Positions 1 to 8,302 of a stretch of 24,000 nucleotides of DNA are shown here, one piece after another. Origin of the DNA: an uncultured Thermoplasmata archaeon (GTDB lineage: Archaea; Thermoplasmatota; Thermoplasmata; SG8-5); NCBI GenBank assembly GCA_964354755.1, contig CAYHBA010000008.1:62725-86724 (forward strand), given 5' to 3'. The notes below the pieces were generated by a model, which worked only from the letters and a program-made list of their open reading frames with translations, was not told where the DNA came from and did not search any database. The stretch's first letter is position 1, and every line of letters starts with the position of its first letter. The translations under genes were made by a program, and so were the position numbers.

Positions 1-522
1 GACGTCCTTCGCCGATACCCAGGGCCTGAGCTGGCCCGTGAGGTTGACCTTGACGACATTCGGGCAGGTGAGGTAGAACGGGTCCCCGCCCATTGCCAGG
101 GCCACGTCCAGCCCGCCCGCGCCGATAGCAACCTGGCCGATACCGCCTCCCGTGGGAGTGTGGCTGTCCGAGCCCAATAGGGTGGTGCCTGGCTTGCCGA
201 ACCTCTCGAGGTGCAACTGGTGGCATATCCCGTTGCCGGCGCGCGAGTAAAGTATTCCGTACTTCGCGGCCACGGTCTGCAGGTACCTGTGGTCGTCCGC
301 ATTCTCGAAGCCGACCTGGATGGTATTGTGGTCTACGTAGCTGACTGACAAATCAGTCTTCACCCTGTCGAGGCCGATGGCCTCGAACTGCAAGTACGCC
401 ATGGTGCCAGTGGCGTCCTGAGTCAGTGTTTGGTCGATCCTGATGCCTATCTCGTTCCCGGGTACGTATTTGCCAACAACCAGATGTTTCTCCAGTATCT
501 TTCTCGTAAGGGACTTGCCCAT
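1..522 (-). CDS. Aconitate hydratase (aconitase family), N-terminal part; the gene continues past the left edge of the window
   Basis: Absent from the ORF track because it runs off the edge. Reverse-strand translation from the ATG at 522-520 gives MGKSLTRKILEKHLVVGKYVPGNEIGIRIDQTLTQDATGTMAYLQFEAIGLDRVKTDLSVSYVDHNTIQ...GNGICHQLHLERFGKPGTTLLGSDSHTPTGGG. These are typical aconitase-family N-terminal motifs. A GGAGGA Shine-Dalgarno-like box (rc of 529-534) lies 6 nt upstream. Confidence 0.85.
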   Translation of the reverse strand, partial: MGKSLTRKILEKHLVVGKYVPGNEIGIRIDQTLTQDATGTMAYLQFEAIGLDRVKTDLSVSYVDHNTIQVGFENADDHRYLQTVAAKYGILYSRAGNGICHQLHLERFGKPGTTLLGSDSHTPTGGGIGQVAIGAGGLDVALAMGGDPFYLTCPNVVKVNLTGQLRPWVSAKDV

Positions 523-685
523 TGTATCTCCTCCTTTGAGGGTGGGACAGGGTAATTTTTAGCCGTATATAAAGATTATCAATAATACGAATATCAGGTA
601 GTATTACGTAATATATCTCAGTTTATAGGCAATATTTCGCACAAATATATGAATAAGAAACAATAATAATAAAATAAAGATAAAA

Positions 686-1771
686 ATGATAGAAAATTAC
701 TTATGCTTAATGCGCAATCGGGCATTGATGAATCTCTCCAAGAACGAGAAGCTCGTGCTCTGGGGCCTTGTTGCCTGCCCGGACCTGAACGACATGGAGC
801 TGGCCAAGAGGCTGGGCATGAAATATTCCACGCTGTGCACCGTGAGGAAGCGGCTGCAGGAAGGGGACTATTACCGCACAGTGAGGGTTCCGGTGCTGCA
901 GAAGCTGGGCGCGGAGATGCTCGGCGTCATCTACACCGTGTTCAACCCGGCAATATCCGTCCAGGAGAGGGCCAGGATAACCACGAAGACCATCGAGGTT
1001 TCAGAAGAGCTGTTCTACTCGGTGGGCGAAACCCACAAGGGATTCTCGTTAAGCCTGGCTTCGGCGTACTCCGACCTTTCCGTCATCAACGAGACCAGGA
1101 TAGAGACCTTTGCCAAGGCCGGGCTCCTGGACCAGAAGCATCCCACCGAAGTCATATTCCCGTTCGCGATCAGCCACATACCCAGGTTCTTCGATTTCGC
1201 CCCGCTCCTGGCCAGGGCTTTGGACATAAAAGACAGGGACATCATGGTCACCGGGTTCCCCACGGAGATGCGGAAGGTCGAGCTGAGCAGGGTGGAGAAG
1301 AGGGTGCTGCTCGCGCTGGTTGAAAAGCCAGACATGAACGAGAAAGATCTGGCAGCGGAACTTGGGCTGTCAAGGTACACGTTCTCGAGGGCGAGGAAGA
1401 AGCTGGACTCGGATGGCCTTGTCATGAAGAAAAGGATACCGAACTTCCAGAAGCTGGGCTTCAAGGTCATGACAATATCGCACCTGATGTTCAACCTGAA
1501 GAAGCCGTTCGACGCCAAGCTGCTGGCCACAGGCATACTTCAGAACCCTGGCACCATATTCCTGGCCGCGAGGAAGTTCGAGTGCATATCCGTTTCCGTG
1601 TACATGGAGTACGAGGATTACAGGGAGGAACACACCAAGGACCTGCAGTACCTCAAGGAGAACGATTATCTCATAGACGTTCCGAACACGGCAAAATACA
1701 TCATTCCCAACATGGTGGTCATGAAGGATATGGTATTTGGCCCCATGGTCAAGAAGATTCTGGGCTTATGA
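686..1771 (+). CDS. Transcriptional regulator with two tandem winged-helix HTH modules (internally duplicated)
   Basis: 361-aa ORF after a very AT-rich promoter region (523-685). Residues 17-88 and 200-271 align colinearly (LSKNEKLVLWGLVACPDLNDMELAKRLG... / LSRVEKRVLLALVEKPDMNEKDLAAELG...). Both look like MarR/TrmB-type wHTH modules. Met9 or Met15 are possible alternative starts. Confidence 0.7.
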   Translation: MIENYLCLMRNRALMNLSKNEKLVLWGLVACPDLNDMELAKRLGMKYSTLCTVRKRLQEGDYYRTVRVPVLQKLGAEMLGVIYTVFNPAISVQERARITTKTIEVSEELFYSVGETHKGFSLSLASAYSDLSVINETRIETFAKAGLLDQKHPTEVIFPFAISHIPRFFDFAPLLARALDIKDRDIMVTGFPTEMRKVELSRVEKRVLLALVEKPDMNEKDLAAELGLSRYTFSRARKKLDSDGLVMKKRIPNFQKLGFKVMTISHLMFNLKKPFDAKLLATGILQNPGTIFLAARKFECISVSVYMEYEDYREEHTKDLQYLKENDYLIDVPNTAKYIIPNMVVMKDMVFGPMVKKILGL

Positions 1772-2080
1772 CATCGACAACGGCATGCCCGGCTTATGTG
1801 AGCGTTATCAATTCAATAGGGCAGGGGGGTCAACTCGATACCGTCAACCTGGGGGTGCTAATCTCCATAAGCCCGGGGGTAACTGCTTTGGAAAGCGTTA
1901 GGTTGACTTGGGGCAAGCGTCTACTGGCTAAGGCTGTGTGCCCGTTTTTAATGTGCAGATATTCCGTAGTGTTTGGCGGTGGATATTGATAGAATTTATT
2001 AAAAATTAATAATAGTAGTTAAATAGTTAACATACAATTCGGAAACACGTGAGTTTCGATAATCTAATCCGGGTGAAGAG

Positions 2081-2932
2081 ATGAACCTGCAGAAGGTGAA
2101 GATATGGAGCGGCATCGTAGCCCTTGTTTCATTGATCTCTGGCACAATCATGCTCGTGATACTCAGAGATTTCCTTCTGCCTGAGGAATATGGAGCCATA
2201 ACCTTCGAAACATATCACGGCTTCGGGGCTCTGACCCTCTCGCTCTGGATACTTTTCCTGGCCTCTGCCGGGACCTGGATAGTTTTGATGTTCACGGATA
2301 CGAATCAACCAGATATCCTGGACCGCAAGACTATGAGCCAGATAATCCTTGTTTCGGGTTCGTTCTGCTTCGTTACAGGCCTTGCATTCTATACGGACTA
2401 CTATTTTCTCCTGTCGTTCTTCATGCCCATGACCTCCGGATTCTATATCGATTACTGCTACCGCCGGAGGTTTCCAGCCAGCCTCCTCAGGGTCTATACC
2501 AATCTGAGCGTGCTCGTAGGTATGATAATGGGATACATTGTAGCCTCCTTCCTGGTCTGGAACAAGCTTGACGATATGACCGGCACCCAAATACTTGGTG
2601 GGGATACCTTTTCTCAGGAATTCAGCGTCGTCCGCATCGGCATATTCATTCTCATTTATGTTTTCATGAGCTTTGTCGGGATGCTAATAGGAGAACAAAG
2701 ACGCATATACCAGTCCTCTCACTTCGAGGAAGAATATCCCATGCTCATCAAACCAGAAATCAAAAACATACTCGCTACTCTTGCGGTACTGGCAATATGT
2801 CTGTTGATAATCCACCTCATACCATGGGAAGGCAGGTTCTACCTATTTTGGGACGTGATAGCCGTGTTTTGGGCGATAATCTGGATGAGCCAGTCGGTGT
2901 TGAGGTTGATTGCGCTATATGGGAAGGGATAG
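2081..2932 (+). CDS. Polytopic integral membrane protein, function unknown
   Basis: 283-aa ORF with about 8 hydrophobic segments and no motif I recognise. GGTGA lies upstream of the ATG and an AT-rich promoter block at 1985-2040. GC content is lower than in neighbouring genes. Confidence 0.6.
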   Translation: MNLQKVKIWSGIVALVSLISGTIMLVILRDFLLPEEYGAITFETYHGFGALTLSLWILFLASAGTWIVLMFTDTNQPDILDRKTMSQIILVSGSFCFVTGLAFYTDYYFLLSFFMPMTSGFYIDYCYRRRFPASLLRVYTNLSVLVGMIMGYIVASFLVWNKLDDMTGTQILGGDTFSQEFSVVRIGIFILIYVFMSFVGMLIGEQRRIYQSSHFEEEYPMLIKPEIKNILATLAVLAICLLIIHLIPWEGRFYLFWDVIAVFWAIIWMSQSVLRLIALYGKG

Positions 2933-3048
2933 GGAGAAAAATGCAATGCGAAGTTTACAAAACTGGACATACAGAGCGCCCCGAGCATACGGGGGTTGGC
3001 GCAGCCAAGGCTCGGTGAATCAGTTCCGGTCAACAACATCAAAAACAC

Positions 3049-3073
3049 ATCCGAAGCTTGCTTCGGATACCGG
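3049..3073. repeat. Palindromic intergenic element (ATCCGAAGC-TT-GCTTCGGAT followed by ACCGG), copy 1
   Basis: A 9-bp perfect inverted repeat at 3049-3068 between convergent genes. TTCGGATACCGG (3062-3073) recurs at 3119-3130. Its reverse complement CCGGTATCCGAAGC recurs at 6456-6469. Confidence 0.6.
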
Positions 3074-3135
3074 AAAAGAACGTCCGAATCCCGACTGATA
3101 TCATTTGAATTAAAAGGGTTCGGATACCGGTAAAA

Positions 3136-3831
3136 TTAATCCGCAACGACCTCGAAGCCGTCCTTGTCGAAAATAAGCGGCAGGTAATTCCTCTTGTGAT
3201 TTGTCTGGCGCATCTTCACGATGCTGAGCCACAGTTTCACGTCTGTATCGTCCCTCCTCAGGTCCAGGTGGAATATGCCGTCCGCCAGGAAATCCTCGCT
3301 GTTCCTGCAGAACTTCTGTGAGTCCTGGTCCATCTCGGTTATCAGGAACGCGGTCACCTGCATGTCCCTGAGCCATTCGAAGAAGTGGAACAGCTCCTCC
3401 CTGGGGGTCGAGAACTTGGCCATGACCTCCAGGATTGGCAGGGAGTCAATCACGACCAGGTTGATGTCCATGTTCTTCTTGAGGTTCTTCAGGTACATCT
3501 TGAAAACCTCCATCCATGTCTGGTTGGTCAATTGGACGAGCTTCTTCCGTATCATCCCGAGGTCAAGGACGGATATTTCCTTTTCCAGGCCGCCGAGCTT
3601 CATGCCCAGGCCGTCCATGTTCATGAGCAGGCTCTCCCGGCTCTGCTCCAGGGTGACGTAAACGCCGTTCATGTCCTCCTTGTTGGCATTGTGGTAAAGG
3701 ATGTTGAATGCGAAGGATGATTTCATGGTGCCCGGTTTCCCGGCCACCAGGATGACGGAATTCTCCGGGATACCGCCCTGCATGACCTCGTCAAGTCCCT
3801 TCACGTATGTCTTGATGCGGTTGACTTTCAT
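3136..3831 (-). CDS. KaiC/RadA-like RecA-superfamily ATPase (single domain)
   Basis: The 231-aa product begins MKVNRIKTYVKGLDEVMQGGIPENSVILVAGKPGTMKSSFAF. It has a P-loop-like GKPGTMKS and a Walker B-like NLVVIDSL. Length and layout match archaeal KaiC-like ATPases. Confidence 0.8.
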   Translation of the reverse strand: MKVNRIKTYVKGLDEVMQGGIPENSVILVAGKPGTMKSSFAFNILYHNANKEDMNGVYVTLEQSRESLLMNMDGLGMKLGGLEKEISVLDLGMIRKKLVQLTNQTWMEVFKMYLKNLKKNMDINLVVIDSLPILEVMAKFSTPREELFHFFEWLRDMQVTAFLITEMDQDSQKFCRNSEDFLADGIFHLDLRRDDTDVKLWLSIVKMRQTNHKRNYLPLIFDKDGFEVVAD

Positions 3832-3973
3832 CTTTGTGCCCTCCGGGCCTAAACCATACCTCGTTTTATCAATATATAATTAACTGACACAAATGCATCC
3901 AATCTGCGGTGCCGGGCCCGCACAACATATATTTATACTCCGGCCGGTATCACGATTTCGAGAAGGTATCTGA

Positions 3974-4579
3974 ATGAAGGGAATAGAGAGCATAGCCAAG
4001 AGGGCCATGGAGCTCAAGAAGAGCGGCATGAACGACAAGGAGATAGCCAGGGAGCTGCATCTTTCTGAGAATACAATAGTATGGCTCCTTACAAAAGGCG
4101 TGAAGTCCCAGACAGCGCCGACAGACACTCCACAGGATGTGAAGATTGGCTGGAAATCGGTCGGGGTCTTTGGAGGCCGCATATCGATGATGGCCTCAAT
4201 ATTGGCAGATATCCTTTTAGAGGAAGCGGAGAACGGGGAATACGAGATCCAAACCGCGGTCGGGTTGGCTATCAATGGAATACCGTTGGCAACCCATATA
4301 TCCAACGAATTGGACATAGAGTTCGCGGTTTACAGGCCACCTCAGAAAAAGGAGATGGTTGGCGCTCTTAGTTCCAATTATGCGGGAGTCAAGGGCAAGA
4401 ACATTGTCGTTGTTGATGATGTTATCGGCACCGGAGAAACAATGATAAAGACCATCGAGGACCTGAAAAGCATGGGCGCCAGTCCGAAACTCATATTGAT
4501 AATCGTGAACAAGACCCAGATGAGGGACATCGACGGTGTTCCCATCAGGTCAGTGGTCAGGGCAAGCACACTGAGTTAG
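3974..4579 (+). CDS. gfcR: GfcR-type regulator: N-terminal HTH fused to an orotate-phosphoribosyltransferase-like (PRTase) domain
   Basis: The 201-aa product has an N-terminal HTH (KKSGMNDKEIARELHLSENTIVWLL) and the PRPP-binding signature NIVVVDDVIGTGETM. This architecture is typical of the archaeal PyrE-like/GfcR family. Confidence 0.75.
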   Translation: MKGIESIAKRAMELKKSGMNDKEIARELHLSENTIVWLLTKGVKSQTAPTDTPQDVKIGWKSVGVFGGRISMMASILADILLEEAENGEYEIQTAVGLAINGIPLATHISNELDIEFAVYRPPQKKEMVGALSSNYAGVKGKNIVVVDDVIGTGETMIKTIEDLKSMGASPKLILIIVNKTQMRDIDGVPIRSVVRASTLS

Positions 4580-4606
4580 GCTTCATATCTCCAGGGAAGT
4601 AACTAC

Positions 4607-6181
4607 ATGCACTGGGTGGACGTTTATGCCGAGCAGCTGCTTGGCAGGGGCAAGAAGCATTTCGTGGAGAGCGGCACATCGATTTCCGGGGAACCGCACC
4701 TTGGCAGCGCTGAGGATTTGATAATATCCGACGGCATAGCGAAGGCTATAATCGCCGGAGGCGGGGAATGCAAGGCCATATGGGCCATGGACGACATGGA
4801 CGGGCTCCGGAAGATTCCGAAGCAGCTGCCCAAGGAGTTCGAGAATTACCTGGGCCAGCCCGCATTCAAATTACCATGCCCGGACGGATGCTGCTCCTCT
4901 TTCGCTGAGCATTTCACGAGGCCGTTCCTGGAGAACCTGGCCCGGATAGATGTGAAACCTGAACCTGTTTCAGTCGCCAAGATGTACAGGGACGGCAAGT
5001 ATGACAACGTGGTCAGGATTGCGCTGGACAGGGCGGCCGAGACAACCCAGATAATAAAGGAGGTCTCGGGCTCGGACAGGGGCGATGACTGGCTGCCTTT
5101 CTTCGCGATATGCGAGAACTGCGGTCGGATTCTGACGACTCAGGCCTATGTGTGGGACGGAAAGAAGATTTCATACAGGTGCAAGGGAGGAACAGCGGGA
5201 AAGAACTTCATACCCGGATGCGGCCACGAGGGCACAGCTGGAATCAGGGACGGGAAACTACCCTGGCGGGTCGAATGGGCTGCGAGATGGAGCCATCTCG
5301 GCGTGACGTTCGAGCCCATGGGAAAGGACCTCATGGCCTCGGGCGGGACTTATGAGACAGGAAAGGCAATCTGCGAGAGGATATTCGACAGCCCGGCTCC
5401 GCTGGCTGTCCCCTATGAGTGGATAGTCATCGAAGGGGGCAAGAGGCTCGGGAAGTCAGCCGGCAGAATTCTCACTATCGGGGAGTTAGTTGATATAGCC
5501 ACACCAGAGATTGCCAGGTACTTCTTCTTCCGGTCTAAGCCGACAAGCCACAAGGACATAGACTTTGGGCTCGGAATCACAAAGCTTGCCGAGGAATATG
5601 AAACTGCGGAGCGCACATACTTCGGCCAGGACACGGGCATACCCGAGAAGGAGCTGGAGGATGTCAAGCGGAACTATGAAATTTCACAGATCTCCGGGAC
5701 ACCGAAGAGGCTGAGCCAGGTCTCATACTCCCACCTGATTTCAACTGTGCAGGTAAGCAAAAACTGGGACCACATCCTGGAGAAGCTGGGCCGCACCGAC
5801 GACATCTCGGGCATGACCCAGGAAGAGGAGAAAAGGCTGAAGGCCAAGGTCCAGGCTGTCAAGACCTGGCTGGCCACCCACGCGCCCGAGGACATGAAAT
5901 TTCAGCTGCAGCAGGAACACCCAGCCATAGATATCGCCCCGGAAGAAAGGGCGATACTGGCCAGGCTCCTCGGAAAGCTGGAGAAGGCCGAATGGACAGC
6001 TGAGAAGATACACGATTCGATTCACACCACTGCCGTGGAATCTGGGATTAAAGCCGGGGCCATGTTCAACCTGATGTACAGGATATTCCTGAACAGGACG
6101 AAGGGGCCGAGGCTCGGGTATCTGCTGGCATCGCTGGACAGGGAGTTCGTGGTCGAGAGGGTGCGGTATTTCTCGGAATGA
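4607..6181 (+). CDS. lysS: Lysine--tRNA ligase, class I (archaeal type)
   Basis: The 524-aa product begins MHWVDVYAEQLL...SGTSISGEPHLGSAED (the HIGH-equivalent region). It has a Cys cluster CENCGR...C..GC and a KMSKS-like GKRLGKSAG. It is collinear with class I LysRS as I remember that family. Confidence 0.9.
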   Translation: MHWVDVYAEQLLGRGKKHFVESGTSISGEPHLGSAEDLIISDGIAKAIIAGGGECKAIWAMDDMDGLRKIPKQLPKEFENYLGQPAFKLPCPDGCCSSFAEHFTRPFLENLARIDVKPEPVSVAKMYRDGKYDNVVRIALDRAAETTQIIKEVSGSDRGDDWLPFFAICENCGRILTTQAYVWDGKKISYRCKGGTAGKNFIPGCGHEGTAGIRDGKLPWRVEWAARWSHLGVTFEPMGKDLMASGGTYETGKAICERIFDSPAPLAVPYEWIVIEGGKRLGKSAGRILTIGELVDIATPEIARYFFFRSKPTSHKDIDFGLGITKLAEEYETAERTYFGQDTGIPEKELEDVKRNYEISQISGTPKRLSQVSYSHLISTVQVSKNWDHILEKLGRTDDISGMTQEEEKRLKAKVQAVKTWLATHAPEDMKFQLQQEHPAIDIAPEERAILARLLGKLEKAEWTAEKIHDSIHTTAVESGIKAGAMFNLMYRIFLNRTKGPRLGYLLASLDREFVVERVRYFSE

Positions 6182-6204
6182 GTGGGTAGCAGGTGTCGGA
6201 GCCC

Positions 6205-6242
6205 TGGGGTCGGGTTGAGCCCCGATTTAAACACCTCCCCGC
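6205..6242. repeat. 38-nt direct repeat, copy 1 (TGGGGTCGGGTTGAGCCCCGATTTAAACACCTCCCCGC)
   Basis: Matches 6364-6401 at 31 of 38 positions in my manual alignment. The last 14 nt (AACACCTCCCCGC region) are identical. Confidence 0.6.
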
Positions 6243-6363
6243 GAGTATTTTTCTTTTAAGATTTTCTGCGCTGGCTCATCTTCCAAAAGAAAAATATTCA
6301 ATAAACAAGAAAAATCAGATGAGCCTGCTCGAAAATCTTTGTGGTTGGCGAGGTGCCAAAGCT

Positions 6364-6401
6364 TTGGGCCGGGTTGTATGCCGATTTTAACACCTCCCCG
6401 C
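6364..6401. repeat. 38-nt direct repeat, copy 2 (TTGGGCCGGGTTGTATGCCGATTTTAACACCTCCCCGC)
   Basis: Partner of 6205-6242, in the same orientation and 159 nt away. An inverted repeat GGCTCATCT (6273-6281) / AGATGAGCC (6317-6325) lies between the two copies. Confidence 0.6.
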
Positions 6402-6455
6402 CCTCACGGGCGAGGCTTCCTAAGGATGAACTCAATCATCACCAGCCCGGTTTTC

Positions 6456-6479
6456 CCGGTATCCGAAGCAAGCTTCGGA
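6456..6479. repeat. Palindromic intergenic element, inverted copy (CCGGTATCCGAAGC-AA-GCTTCGGA)
   Basis: An 8-bp inverted repeat at 6462-6479. The stretch TTTTCCCGGTATCCGAAGCAAGCTTCGGA is nearly the reverse complement of 3046-3078. Confidence 0.6.
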
Positions 6480-6723
6480 ACGACGTTTACGATAACCGGG
6501 CCACGACCCCGCCCTCCAGATATTATTAGAAAACATTCAGGCGGGGTATGGTGGCGGAGGTTCGAACCGCTCGCAGGGATGGTTGGAGGGTGCCGTGGTG
6601 AAGGATATGGTTAGAGTATTTGGTCCAACATGTCAAACCAACTTCAAACCTCTGCCTTCGACATCTTCCCATGGGCCTTCCGGGGAATTCCCGGGATATC
6701 GTTAAATAAGGAGATGCGGATTC

Positions 6724-8154
6724 TTGTTTAGAAGCGAGGGAATGAACATGGGAAGAAATAGCATGAAGTGTGCCGCATTGATAATAGTCCTGGCAATGAC
6801 ATTAGTGGCATTCAATAATGTTTCAGCCGGGGAGCCGGAACTTTCAGATTCATGGAGCGCAACATATGAAAAAGGGACATTCCGGCATGGCATGTTTGGC
6901 GGTTTCAACGGCGGTTCCGCGGACGATTTTATGGCGATTTATTCAGAAGAGCCATCGAACCTAACCGGTAAATATGAAACATTCCTTGTTCTCTTTGATG
7001 GACAGGATGGCGATATCATCTGGGAAAAGAATTTCTCAAATGAACTTGAGCCGGTATCTATCGTCAGTCCGGTAGAAACAGGCGGGAAGGTCAATGCGCT
7101 CATTTGCATATTAAAACTAACTGAGATTCCGGTTGCTAACACGAATTACACCACTACAATGAGCCTGGTGGGTATGGTCATGATTGACGGAGAAAATGGT
7201 AACATTCTCTGGACCACGAATAATTTCGGGGTTGTAGAAACACAACTAGTCTCGATCGATGGAGAGGATGTCATCCTAGCTGGCGTATTCAACACATTCA
7301 ACACGATTGAAGGCGGCCTCTACACAATCGAGCCCGATACGGGCCATTACAGATTCACAGGCATCGAATTCGATACCTGGCTTTCCAATTTTTTGATCGA
7401 CGAAACCCCGAACAGGGACGATGTTGTTATCATTTATGGGAACCAGGCCATCGAGGCTTACGAAATGGGCGCCTGGACCATGTTGTGGGAATACGATTTC
7501 TTCGATAACGATGTGTATTACTCAGATGGGTACTCTGGACTGCTGAACGGAGACGGAACAGTTGCTTTCCATGCTGGGAAGGGCGACGCTTACAATTCCT
7601 TGATTGTCCTGGACAAAATAACAGGCATGGAAATATCTGCAACCAATCTTACTCAAACAGGGGTCTCACAGCTATCGTTCATGTGGAATGGAGATTTTAC
7701 CGACGATGAAACAACTGATTACCTTGCGATGGGATTCGCCGACGGAAATTATAGCATGATCGCCATTGACGGCAGCAACATGAACGAGATGTGGCGATTT
7801 GACGCAGAGAAATTAATTAGTCAACCGGAATCCGCAAACCTCGAAATAATAGACCTTGACCGAGACGGCACTGATGATGTGCTGGTTACCATGGACATCC
7901 GGGTGCTCGCCCTCTCCGGAGAAACCGGGGAAATAATATGGGAACATGAGCTGCCTGCCAAACCAGATTATCTCATTTTAGGGGATTATAAGGACGGGCA
8001 GCCGAACCTCGCATACCTCAGTGAGGGCACCGTCTATTGCATGAACCTAGAGATACCGACTTCATCCAATTCGATTTTTGTCCTCATCATTGGAATTATC
8101 GCAATACTGATGATTGCCACAGCCGCCATAATGTTGATAAGAAGAAGGAGATAG
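6724..8154 (+). CDS. Secreted, C-terminally membrane-anchored beta-propeller-like surface protein with FG-GAP/VCBS-like Asp-rich loops
   Basis: ORF of 476 aa. The true start is probably Met9 (6748, GAGGG 7 nt upstream) or Met14 (6763), giving the signal peptide MKCAALIIVLAMTLVAFNNVSA. Asp-rich loops recur (NGDGTVAF, NGDFTDDETTDYL, DLDRDGTDDVLV). The C-terminus has a TM segment plus RRRR. Several N-X-S/T sequons are present, and GC is low. Confidence 0.7.
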   Translation: MFRSEGMNMGRNSMKCAALIIVLAMTLVAFNNVSAGEPELSDSWSATYEKGTFRHGMFGGFNGGSADDFMAIYSEEPSNLTGKYETFLVLFDGQDGDIIWEKNFSNELEPVSIVSPVETGGKVNALICILKLTEIPVANTNYTTTMSLVGMVMIDGENGNILWTTNNFGVVETQLVSIDGEDVILAGVFNTFNTIEGGLYTIEPDTGHYRFTGIEFDTWLSNFLIDETPNRDDVVIIYGNQAIEAYEMGAWTMLWEYDFFDNDVYYSDGYSGLLNGDGTVAFHAGKGDAYNSLIVLDKITGMEISATNLTQTGVSQLSFMWNGDFTDDETTDYLAMGFADGNYSMIAIDGSNMNEMWRFDAEKLISQPESANLEIIDLDRDGTDDVLVTMDIRVLALSGETGEIIWEHELPAKPDYLILGDYKDGQPNLAYLSEGTVYCMNLEIPTSSNSIFVLIIGIIAILMIATAAIMLIRRRR

Positions 8155-8208
8155 ATGCGTAAAAGTTCCCCTTCAGGACCATTTCAATAACGTTGGAGTC
8201 GTTGTAAA

Positions 8209-8280
8209 GGCCCCGTACAGATATTTGGCTTCACTGACAGCTATATCCAAACAATAGCCAAATATTGGACGGGGCTACGA
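8209..8280 (-). repeat. H1: 72-nt acceptor-stem-mimic hairpin element downstream of tRNA-Gln
   Basis: The minus-strand sequence is TCGTAGCCCCGTCCAATATTTGGCT-[25-nt loop]-AGCCAAATATCTGTACGGGGCC. The outer stem GCCCCGT/ACGGGGC matches the tRNA-Gln acceptor stem, and the inner stem is 10 bp. It is 52/72 identical to H2. Confidence 0.65.
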
Positions 8281-8302
8281 CTAAAAACGATAAAAATCGG
8301 AG

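Noticed and set aside
703-1633. Alternative-frame and antisense ORFs overlapping the wHTH regulator (703-1323 +, 1015-1536 -, 1370-1633 -)
   Set aside because: The 686-1771 frame shows a clear duplicated HTH domain structure. The others are Arg/Gly/His-rich or Ser-rich shadow frames.
1582-1989. 135-aa ORF spanning the end of the regulator gene and the downstream GC-rich spacer
   Set aside because: It overlaps the regulator out of frame for 190 nt, its product is His/Gly/Arg-rich, and it has no start context. The spacer is better explained as structured non-coding sequence.
3075-3100. T-arm-like string CGTCCGAATCCCGAC as a tRNA remnant
   Set aside because: There is no complementary T-stem strand or acceptor pairing nearby. 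The resemblance is limited to about 10 nt.
6541-6600. Possible tRNA or tRNA fragment around GGCGGAGGTTCGAACCGCTCGC
   Set aside because: The TTCGAA motif is T-loop-like, but no 5-bp T-stem, acceptor stem or anticodon arm can be drawn on either strand.
6193-6614. Three short ORFs (6193-6390, 6339-6614, 6341-6529) in the lysS downstream gap
   Set aside because: They overlap one another, run across the repeats and palindromes, give Arg/Pro/Gly-rich products, and lack ribosome-binding or promoter context. I treat the region as non-coding.
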